Shown here: piece after piece, positions 24,468-35,643 of the stretch | Position numbering within the stretch: the stretch's first letter is position 1 | Layout: each line of letters opens with the position of its first letter | Assembly (NCBI GenBank): GCA_047495785.1 | Contig: JBLDXI010000032.1 | Span: 1,798,001-1,862,000 of the forward strand | From: Lepidodermella squamata | Lineage: Eukaryota > Animalia > Gastrotricha | Direction of reading: 5' to 3' | DNA: 64,000 nucleotides | The notes under the pieces: model-generated | What the model was told of the DNA's origin: nothing | Database searches by the model: none | Seen by the model: only the letters and a program-made list of their open reading frames with translations | Position numbers and translations under genes: made by a program

Positions 24468-26729
24468 ATGGCGTCATTTTTGTTGTCGTCGAAGTTCTCA
24501 GCAACGGCAATCTTTTGGTTTATAGCAACGCTGAATATCAATCTGACTGCTTCATACGACACTTCAGGTGGATGTCCTTTCAATTGGTATCCAATATTAA
24601 AACACGCTTCTCTTCGTTAACTAGCTCACAACGCAACTGAATTTTCTGATCCCGAGGTATAATGCCAAGTTAACGTATTCTGTTATAGTAATTTCAATTG
24701 TTTCCCAGAAATGTTTAGCGGCAAGAGCAATGCTAGACATTTACGACCATGATTCAGACGGTTTAGTTTCGGTGGAAAATCTGACGGCCATATGCCCGAT
24801 TGTCTCGGATCAGGAACTAATCCGGGTTCTCAAGCACTACAACGACTGCAGTATTCAATTTATGAAAAATGACGATGACGATATCTACCATAAAAAGATG
24901 ACGTCCATATCGGAGCGCTATGGCTACGGAACTCTGTCAATTACCATCATTAGCATACTTCCAGTTGGCCTATTTTTCATCATTCCCAAGCCCGATCATC
25001 CAAAATACCATTACGTCATGGTTACTCTCATGTGAGTTCGGTGTGCTTTTTTTATGCAGGATTGAATATTCTACGCAGATCTTTGGCGATGTCCACTTTG
25101 GTATCTGATACCGCTCTCCATCTCATCCCGAAAGTTCGTATTTTCTTACGGATAGAAGAGTTTTTGTTAATTGGCATTTTCAGGCGTTCGATTTCAGGAA
25201 AAGTAAAACTACAACTGCCGGTGGTGTTATTGCTATAACTAATACCGTCCTCAAGGAGTTACTGCTGCTTATGCCTATTTACGTTCTTTACTTGTAAGTA
25301 TACCCTGACCACATAGCGCATTGAACCAGCCTGTAATTTAGATTTGAAATGCTTATTGGAACCCGGCAGCACATAAACAGCGGCGACTCAGACCATCATG
25401 GCAGTCATCATGGTGATGCAGGTGAGCATTCGCATGTAAAGAGCACGTCAAAGAGGCCCCGTAAAAGTCATGGTCAGCGGAAACTAAGCATGGCTTTGGC
25501 CATTAGGGATCTTCCTCTGCCGGACTTCACGGTATCATCAAATGAGCCGCTGCCTGACGCAGTAAGTCAACGCAGATTCAGTATAGCTCTTGGCCCTGGT
25601 AGTCATCTGACTAAGATGGCTCCTATCAGCACGATTTCTGTTCGTTCCATACGTTAATTCATTTTCCCAGTCACAACAATAACTTGGATCACAGGAGCTG
25701 GACGAAACAGCTGATAATGACACCAGACATAAGCCAGCAACGAACGGCACAATATCTGTGAAGCCTAATCGGGCTCTTCATGTGCGACGCGTTTCGACAT
25801 ACCTTGGAAGTAGTTTGACAAGTAAAACCAAAATGAAAAATTACACTGATGCATAAATCCCAACTTTTTGATATAAGGGTTCCGAGAATTGGCAAGGCTT
25901 TACATCGCTGGTATACATTTTCAAATTTCGCTGAAATGCGTTTGTCATGTTGAAATTTCGATAGATTGCATACCCAAGAAAGGCCTTGGCTGGGTTATCA
26001 TAATCAGTAAGTTCGACTTCATTCGATCCGCTTGTACCTAATCGTTTGGTTTTTCAGCCGATGCTACTCACAATGTAATAATTTCAATCTTTTTCCAATG
26101 TAAGACTTTTCTATTTTGATTTCAACAGCTACTAGACGGCCTCGCGATCGGTATGAAATATCGAATTTCGAATATCACTCTTGGCTATCGCATACTTTCG
26201 TTAGGTGCTGCGTTTTCAACAAGTGTTCTCAGTGGTATCTCAACTTCCCTCGCCGTAGTAAGTTGTTCAAAAAATACTCGATGTACCAAAAATTCTCTCC
26301 GATTTGATAAGGTCTTCCAGGAGGTACCTTTCGAGATCGGAGATTTCGCTGCTCTAATCAATGCAGGCGTTGCATGGCGCGGTGCAGTAACATGGCACGT
26401 ATTTCAAACAGTCATGTCATTCACTGGTCTGTACGTTGGCCTCGGAGTATCGACTGATGACTATGCTCGCCAATGGGTCTACATATTTATTGCCGGGGTT
26501 TTCCTGCACCATGCTCTTTGCGAATTCGTAAGTCGAGAAAGCCTTATTCCACATCGTTATGACTGCTCAGCCTTTTCAGATGCCTGAGTTGGTTCATATA
26601 AAGGAGAACTTCTGGACCTATTTACTGCTGGAGCATGTTGGAATCATCATTGGCTTCGCTGTCGTATTCATCATCACTATTTTCGAAGAACCTTTACATT
26701 ACTCTTTCCAAAAAGCCCAACAGGGTTAA
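24468..26729 (+). CDS. SLC39A: SLC39A/ZIP LIV-1-type transporter, paralogue 4 (variant metal site)
   Basis: MASFLLSSKFSATAIFWFIA signal; CPIVS; YGYGT; His-rich loop; TDATHN|LLDG; VFQEVPFEIGDF. TAA at 26727-26729. Confidence 0.92.
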
Positions 26730-27366
26730 AATTAGAAATTATTGTTAAAATAACTCGGTTTTTTTATGAAATGAAAGCAATTTCAGCTTTATTTCCGAAT
26801 CCTTTGCAGTAACAAAAAGCGTCAGCATGCCTTATCGCGAGAAACAGAACAATTTTACACACTTGATACTCCGGAAGACACCGCGTGTTTACAAAAGCGT
26901 AGGAAGCAGTTACTTTATTTCACGATCCGGTCATGTTCGCACATTTTACACGTCGTTATCGTGTTTGCATAGCCAGTAGCTACTGAGTATTAAGTCAGTC
27001 AGATGATAGACTCCGCCTCCTCCTAGGGACTATTCCACGGCGTAGTTATTATACGTCAGAAAGCGAAAGCAGTTTAAACAAGACCGAATTGAGAAAACAC
27101 TTGATAGCCTTATACTTATTCCTTTAGAGAGCAGTAATTGAGCTAAGAAAATTATTGGGCAACAAAGCGGCAGCGACCGTCAAAATATTGTTGACTTCAT
27201 GAGATAAATGTGCAAAAATCAACAGCAAAAAAAACATATTTTGCTCTTGAAAAATCCAGCTTAATTTTTACAAAAGCAAAATATTTCGTTTTTTTGCGCT
27301 CGTCGTGTGGCGATAATTATTAAACAAATGCGATGAAAAAACTCAAACAAAACGAATCAAAGAGAA

Positions 27367-30201
27367 TCAAGAGGAAAGATACGGGTGTGTCTGGGCCATA
27401 TTTCCCAGAAGGGGTTGTTGATGCGGGTTGTACATGCCCATATTGCCCATGTTACCCATTCCGGGCATGGGTGGCATTCCGCCACCACCGCCAGAGAATC
27501 GCCCGTGGGGCGCGAGAAGCGGCGCTCCGGCTGTGGAAGACGATCCGGCGAATCCGCCCGGCATTCCACCGGGCATGCCGATATTCGATGGTGACATAGG
27601 GCCGTTCTGAACGCCTGAGTTTTCGTTTGACGAGCAGCAGGCGCAACACAGGCAGCGGCCCCAGGCGTTGAGCGTTTTACGAGACCAGACCCAAAATGCA
27701 GTTGAAAGACCGACGCCGACCGAGCACAGGTTTTCGAGCAGGAGAACTGTGAAATCCGGGCGCATAACTCCGGCGGTCGCAGGGGTTGGGCAAACTTCTT
27801 CACCGCTCGGAGGCATATAACACCTGCAGAATAATATAATAACAGCGTGAATACAACAGATTCTGGTAAAAAACATTCACATATTTCGGACATAAATTAT
27901 GGAAATCCAACAACATTAAGCGTTCGGATTTACAGCGTGTCCCAAAAGTAGTGCAACTATTTTTTAATTTTTCAATTAAATTAACCCTACCGAGAGAAAA
28001 GTCCGACTTTTATCTGCGATTGAACCGAAGAAATGAAAAAATTTATGAAAAATCCCGATGGTAACTGGTACGGTAATTTTCGGTATTTTACCCGTTGAAC
28101 AAAATTTCTCCGGACTTTTTTTAATCCTTTTAACAACTGGCATACTTGATTACCATTGTTTTAATTTTTTGAATTTTTTTAAATATTTTCTGGCCATTAG
28201 ATGTGAATTGGTCTCTCATTTTAGAGTTTCTGAACCCTTTTCTGTGTAATTTCTTTGCTTGCGTTACTTATGGGACACGCTGTAAGCATATTGATATAAA
28301 AGGAATTAAGTCCTAATTTATCAAACACAATTTGCCTGCTTTCAAAATGACCAAAATGAATATAACGTCCTCCCAGGATAACGTGTTTGCCGAGGAGCCA
28401 AATTTTGAATAATTATCTCACCCAAAAATGAATTTTCCTAATTTTCGGGATTCCCTGAATATTATCGAAAATCCAAATAAACCCAGCAAATTCTGTGCGG
28501 TTTTCTGTATTAAGGTCCTTAGATTATGGACCATCCAAACTTCGCATATTGGAAAATTCAGTAATCGAATCCAAAATTCACGTGATCCAATAATCAGATT
28601 AATGGCTTACTTTTGGTCGAAAAAGATCCGCATATAGGCATCCTTGTTGGCGAGTTGAAAGAGTGAAGCAGCGGCTGTAACTGCCGACGGAATAGTGAAG
28701 AGAAGGCCCAGGACCCCGATCCGAGCCATCAACCGCTCAAGGCGATCCGTCCTCGCTCCGTCCGCCTTCATCACCGTCCTGATGCGGAAAAGCGAGGCGA
28801 AGCCGGCGAGTAGCAGAAAACCACCTAGGCAGAGGCAAACCAGCTGCGGGGTGATGTAAAGAGCCCGGGCTAGGGTAGGCGCGAAAGGTGATGAGAAAAC
28901 CGCGACTCGGCACAGACCGGAAACCGGGTCGCCTTCAACTAGTCCAAGGGCGAGAATGACGATCGTAGCAATAACCGGTAAAGCCCAGGCGACAACGTGG
29001 AAAAAATGAGCGACACCCTCAATCGCCTCGTGGCCCCATTTCATACCAGCGGCGAGAAACCACGCCAGGGCCAAAATAACCCACCAAATCGACGCGGCCA
29101 TTGTGAAGAAGTACAAAAAGATGAAAACGACCGTGCAACCTTCATTCCTCGTACCCTGCGTGATCAAGATGTTTCTAACCGGATTAGCTGAGCTAGTAGC
29201 AGAATCGACAAAATCGAACTCGGTGCAAGCGACTGAATTTTCGCCGAGAGAAAATGCGACAATGTGAACGATGGAGATGGCTAGGTAGCAGACAGACATG
29301 TAAATTATGGGCCGTTCCGGGTAACGGAAGCGCCGAATGTCCATGAAAAAGGTCAGCAGGGTGAAGAGGGTCGAGGCGCAGGTGATCAGGGCGATTCCCA
29401 GCATACTCAACCGAAGGGTGCTCTTTTGATCAGGCGTCGTGTATAACCTTTCAACTGACCTAATTTAAACAAAATTGACCAATTTTAATAAATTAAATTT
29501 TTCCATTTTTACCTGCAAGATAATCCGCAATCTGTGACTGGATGTTGCTCGCGGCCATTCAGTGGCATGATTAAGCTGTAATCCATACCAGGTTTCGCTT
29601 TCATGGATGTATGCGGGCAGTTGTCTCCGGTGCCGTGCTCACCTGAAGTGCCATTGATGTTATCGAAACCACTTTCGCCGTCCGCATTCGGAATTTCGAT
29701 CGGCGGAATACAGAGGGTGACAACGTCGGAAGAGCTAACACCGTCGCCGGTCGCCGCCAGCAGACTTCCCGGCATTTGACGGGGCAAATCGTGGCATTCC
29801 AGTGGCTTCGGCCACGGCACACCGAAACTGACGAGTAACTGCTCACAATTTCGTCTAGCGAGTTGGCATAGCTCGAAACAAGGCTGCATTAAGGTGGTTC
29901 CGCCGCTTTTCGACGGATCAGTAACGCAAGGTGGCAGATACAGCGTGCAAATGAATTGCTGAAAATAAGGACTGCAATTCACGTTGAAAAGCGGTTTGTA
30001 CTGAAGCAGTTCCTGGTAACTTTCAGCCTGTAATTGGTGGCCAAATCGATTTGGCCGAACTGTCATGTTATACACGGTGTTTGTGCAAATTCCGGGTTGT
30101 AGATGAAGTAGCTGCTCGCAGCGAGATGACTCCTCGCCATAACTGACTGATCGAACAATTTCAGGCAGAAAAACAGCAACAACAAGATAAACAGTCAACA
30201 T
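27367..30201 (-). CDS. FZD: Frizzled receptor, Fz1/2/7-like, 3 exons
   Basis: Exons 30201-29513 (signal peptide and 10-Cys CRD), 29459-28611 (RFRYPERPII, ITQGTRNEGCT, AAGMKWGHEAIE) and 27823-27367 (PDFTV...WVWSRKTLNAW, the KTxxxW motif). Confidence 0.95.
27933..28282. mobile_element. Tc1/mariner-type MITE in Frizzled intron 2
   Basis: Terminal inverted repeats CAGCGTGTCCCA(A/T)AAGTA...; TA immediately flanks both ends (27931-27932 and 28283-28284). 350 bp, non-coding. Confidence 0.85.
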
Positions 30202-32795
30202 TTAGACCAGTCAACAAAAAATCTATAGGTAAAAATGCAACAAAATAGGTGATTTTCAACGATGAGAGGCGATACTGCGAATAACAACATCAATACGATG
30301 AAAAATGAAAGCCTGTGGTGAGGCGCCTTGGTAGAATGCAATGATGGTGATTAGAATCACTGCGCGTTTCGAATCTGCTACTACTATCATCATTCCAGCA
30401 GACTTCTCGCCATATTAGGGGCCGAGCGCCGCCGCACTAATAATGTGTTACCACCAGCGCTGGCAAAAAGGCGGCCGTGAGGCGAACGAGTTAATCCGGA
30501 GCGTTCATGGCGCAATCAAATACATATAAATAAGTTCAGATATAAATTGCATTAATAATATTATAGCGTTATTGTTCGAGCGGTAATGATATTACACAAC
30601 GCAGTAAACGCTCGCAACACACTACCAGCTCTCGTTGAGTACACATGCGCGCGCGCTCGCAATAATTGCTAAACGACGCATCGGCGCGCGCACAACAACG
30701 CCAGTCTGACTGATAACGACAATTTTACACTAAATAGGAAGTTGGTTTTTAAGCGTGCCATTTCCCACGCTGGTGCGCGATTTGAATACATTTGAAATTA
30801 AAGCCCATCAGAATCAGACGAAAACAAAAACATGGCCTTTGTCACGAATACAAAATGGTAATTGAAGACATGGGGGAAATCCCACATTAATAACAAAAAA
30901 TCCGAAAACAGCCTACATTCATAAGACTATCCTACTGTCCACCAAGCTATTATAATGTTTTACACTCATTAGAAGTCAGATCATGTCGGTCCTTGATTAT
31001 CTTATTAGAGTGAGTCCAGAAATAAATTCTGCCTAGGCCGAATTAGTATATGAGCTTGCGAATTCTCGCAATTATTCGCCCATAGAACAAAGCAATGTAA
31101 AAAAGGGCGTTATTATCATCAAACCTCTTGGTCAGATATTCGTCGAATTTACAGGGGCTTTACACTGTTTACGTCGTCGATATCGACCAACAGCTCAATT
31201 CGGCGACATCGACCGAAAAAGATATTTAATTATACGAAATTAGCATGTACCAAAACGTAAGTAATCCATGTCTTGAAATACAAATGCCGAACAAGTGCAA
31301 TTTTGAATTAAAATGTAACAATATTCTATGACAAATCTTAACAAGACGAATAGAAAAGCGATCAATCAAATACCGAATGATTTTGTAAATCGAAAATTGA
31401 AGACAAAACATGGTGGGACTGATAATTGGACCAAAGTGCTTCGGCATGAAAAGCCATTGCCTCGCGCAAATGGGTTGGAACTCAACTGAACTAGTCGATA
31501 GAGGATCGAGAATCGAAATCTTAATTAGGTCGTTGATTGTCGATTATTGCCAAAATTCTATGTATTAGAGCGGCAATTTGCAATATAATTATTATGAAAA
31601 ACACTATAGGACTATTGTCAACATCGATAAAGTCCTTTCAATGCGAAATGAATAATGAATAAGAGTAGAAGATAGATGTGTTTCTTGAGATGATGACGCT
31701 TATCATAAGAAATTTAAGGTAATTTCATGGATTTTTTATTAACGTTATATCAAGGGTATTATTTGATTTAGCGTTGTATAGCGGATCGGTAATCGGTAGT
31801 AAAATTAGAAAACGTTTTCGCTTCAGAATGGCTTCAGAAACCGATAGTACCACTGCCGTCTGTGATTAGCCAAATAGGCGATTGGCGAGGTTAAAACCCG
31901 ATACATGTGTTCCCATATAAAACTGAAAATGAAGAAAACCCGAAGAGCACCGAAATCTCGCAAGGCGAACGTGGATTGTGTCTGATTTGGAGTCTAACCA
32001 GCGATAAGATCTTCGCAACTACCCGTCCATTTCCGCAGCGCACTCACGAAGATTCAATTGAGAAAAGCACAAAGCTCAAAAGCTAGCATCTACGACAGTT
32101 AGAGACCTCAACGACAGCAAGATATATGCGTGTTCACTGTTCACTGATTCCCAACAGCTGGCAGAAAACAGCTAAACCCACAGAAATCGAGCAGCGGCCA
32201 GAGGCCGGGCGAACAAATTCCGCGCGAAAATTTTTCGAAAATTTTACATTACGCATTTTCGGAACATATCATGCTTGAATCAACAGTATATTTAGCACTT
32301 GGAAGAAAAAATTGTTTCACGATAATATGACCATGACGTCACTAAAGACATCACCTGAGATGCGGGCAGAAATGTTTTTGGGGGAGCTGGGGGATGATGA
32401 GCCGGCTTAGCCAGGATGAGCCAGCCTGCCAGCGTCAGCGTCAAGATTCGGCATTCAGTGGCTTGATCGAATGTTTTCTGCTTCTTTGTTCTCTAACTGT
32501 CCATTGTCCATTGTTTTCATTAAATCCAATGTAGCTTTTTCTCCTCAACTTTTTAACCTACGCTGAATGGTGCGTTGAACGGTCGAAAATCCGCAGCCTC
32601 TACGCTACTGCACACTTATTACTTTTACTGGTGAGTAATCCCCTTCTCTTACTTCTGAGCACCTCTCTTTGGTGGATGTTTGATGAATTTCCTGAAAGCT
32701 GCGATTTCACTGCAAATAGGAGAGACCGCTTGCTTGTGTGGAAAGTTTGGAAAATCAAACTTTGATGTACATTTGCTCTAGGTTTTGTTTACGGA

Positions 32796-33134
32796 ATGAA
32801 TAGGTTTGCTCAAATCGCCTTTTACGGGGCATTAGCCAAAGTCAATCTAACACCAGTCAAGTCAATGAAGGTCACTTTTGATCCGTTTCACCCCGGGTCA
32901 CAATCGGCTCGAGAGTTCCTCTTTCACATGAATTCCAAAAGGCGCTTTCGGACTAACCCGCGATTGATTTTCAAAGCTGCAGTTGTTAACGATCGATCGG
33001 CCCCTATTGTTGACGTTACTTTCAACGATGGACAACAGCTGTTGTTGAAGACAGAACATCTCTCACCCGCTGAATGCGTCGAAAGTCTAAATTTGATTTG
33101 CCTGCAAAAGATCGAAGCAGAGTCTAAGAAATAG
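32796..33134 (+). CDS. MRPL53: Mitochondrial ribosomal protein L53, intronless
   Basis: VKSMKVTFDPF...SAREFL...RTNP...V(V)NDRSAP.VDVTFNDG..LLLKTEHLS matches the mL53 family pattern. Confidence 0.88.
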   Translation: MNRFAQIAFYGALAKVNLTPVKSMKVTFDPFHPGSQSAREFLFHMNSKRRFRTNPRLIFKAAVVNDRSAPIVDVTFNDGQQLLLKTEHLSPAECVESLNLICLQKIEAESKK

Positions 33135-33193
33135 TGAAAATTTTGCATTCATTACTATCATAATTTGTTGCAATATAGGTATTTTAACTTGAA

Positions 33194-35017
33194 ATGTTTC
33201 GATCAGTGTCAGTCCATATGCGGAGGCATCTCCGTAACGTCGCTAAACCCAGTGTTAATGCTCGCTGTATTTCATCAGTGGTTTCCAAACGCAATCTCGA
33301 AATTGAGGCTGTGCCAAAAGATAGCGCTCTGACCAAATTTTCCATCCAGAGTCCTAGTCGGACGTTCTTTACCACTGCGAGAATTTGTGGTATGTTAACA
33401 GATGCAAATTTTGCTCAATTCTATGTATAACTTTGAACAGCTGATCTCAAGAAATTCGCCTGCCCTGGTCTACCTGAATCCATCTCAGATGGAGGCATGA
33501 AGTATTTGAAAAAGCTTGGCGATCCCGTAGCTGTTGATGACACTGTATGTGAAATCGAGACACAGAAAACTGCTCTTCCTGTTCGTTCCGACGTCGCTGG
33601 CGTTCTAACAGAGTGGCTTGTAGAAGACGGCGCGACTGTCGTCCCGGGTCAGGAACTCTTTACTGTCGCTGTTGGCGCAGCCGCTGGTTCTGCTCCTGTT
33701 AAAGCAGCCCCCGCTCCCGCAGCCGCGGCTGCTCCTCCAACCCCCGCGCCCGCGCCAGCCCAGGCGGCCAAGCCAGCTGCACCTCAGCCTCAGGCACCTG
33801 TTTCGACCGAGTTTCCGCCGTCTAAGCCTTTGGCCAGCGTTGCTGCGCCCAAAGCTGCCCCCGCGTCTCTACCGACTCCCGCCGGAGTGCCAGATGGCAA
33901 GCCGGAAGGCGGCCGAACTGAAAACCGTGTTCGCATGACTCGTATGCGCCAGACCATCGCTTCGCGGCTTAAAGATGCCCAAAATACAGTGAGTTTATGA
34001 CATAACTAATCAATTATACCATTGATTATCTGTGTTTAGTACGCTATGTTGACGACATTTAACGAAGTCGACATGACAGCTGTTTTCGAAATGCGAAAGC
34101 GCTATGCTGACGCGTTTCTGAAGAAACACGGCATCAAACTCGGCTTTATGTCGCCGTTCATCGTTGGCGCTGCTGCTGCGCTGCGTGAAATGCCAATCAT
34201 CAACGCCGTCATCGATGGCAATGAAATCGTGTATCGTGATTACGTTGACGTCGGCGTCGCCGTCGCCACCCCGCGCGGCCTCGTTGTGCCTGTCCTGCGC
34301 AACGCTGACAAATTTTCGCTGGCAGATGCTGAGCATGCGCTCTTTGCAATGGGCGAAAAGGCGCGTAAAGATGCTATCACATTGGAAGACATGGACGGCG
34401 GGTAAGCTAGCAATTACTTAATTGACGTGTGCGCTTTGTTAAACATTGGATAAATATTTCTAAGCACAAGTGAGATTCAGATTGGCTTAGTTCCTCAGTT
34501 GCTGGCATCTCTTGCCTAGTTGTATAACAATCAAATATCAGCAGTATTTGGGGGTAAAAAAATCACAAAACAAAATTTTATTTTGAGCAACTATGATCCA
34601 CCTCAACTTTTCCATCGGAATAATTTGAAATCGCGTGTAAATTAAGAAATTCTATCGATTTCCTATTTTTCCGGATCTGCGTTTTCTCATACTTGAATAT
34701 AATTTTGTATGATTTTTTTCCATTGAAGCACATTCACCATCAGCAACGGCGGTGTTTTCGGATCAATGTTTGGCACTCCGATCATCAATCCACCTCAATC
34801 AGCCATTCTAGGCATGCATAACATCGTCGAGCGCGCCGTCGTTGTTCGCGATCCTGGCGCCCCCGCTTCCGCCGCCCCGAGGATAGAGGCCCGGCCAGTC
34901 ATGTACCTTGCTTTAACCTATGACCACAGGCTGATCGACGGTCGTGAAGCAGTTACCTTCCTGCGCAAAATCAAGGCAGCCGTCGAAGACCCGCGACTCC
35001 TCTTGTTGGGATTATAG
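33194..35017 (+). CDS. DLST: Dihydrolipoamide succinyltransferase (OGDH complex E2), 4 exons
   Basis: Mitochondrial presequence; lipoyl domain (PESISDG...EIETQK); Ala/Pro linker; [16 protein letters not shown]; [14 protein letters not shown]; [17 protein letters not shown]. Confidence 0.96.
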
Positions 35018-35643
35018 ACTCATAAATGAGAAAACAATCGAAATAAAAGCAGATTATAAAATTCTAATATTATTGCACTATATACGACCCGTGTTCGGCT
35101 TCTCTCCTCGACACCGAAGGCTAATGAAGGCTTTGTTGCGTTGCTGCTTTACTTCGAGCACTCTAATTTCGTCCATTATTGAAACAAAATGTAAATCACT
35201 TGACACGTGTTGATCTTTTGCCTAATATATAGTTGTTCTTTCAACCGGTTTCTTGCAAAACGGCATTCAATAAGGTCAAACGTGGGTGATGTCTTACGCT
35301 GCCTTACTCGTCGTCTCGTTTTGTTTGACTGTCATCAGTCCTGGATTTATTGTGAACATATTTTGTTCGGGCTGATGATAAAAAACTCGCGAATAACCCA
35401 TCTAGCCATTATTGCTGTGTGCCCTCGTTTGCAATTTTCTCCACTTAGCGTCTTGAACCCAGTTTAACTGAGCAAAGCTGATTTATGTCGTATTATACCG
35501 TGGGATGAAAGAATGATGTAAATCTGGTAAAATGAGCTGTATAACTTTGTTCGGGCAATAGATCCCTAACGTTTTTCAATTAAAAGAGAAATAACATCAA
35601 CATTGAAATATTGACTTTTTATTTCAAATTGCCACTGGACTTG

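Noticed and set aside
30311-30400. tRNA-like GTTTCGAATC segment upstream of Frizzled
   Set aside because: No acceptor stem, D-arm or anticodon arm could be folded.
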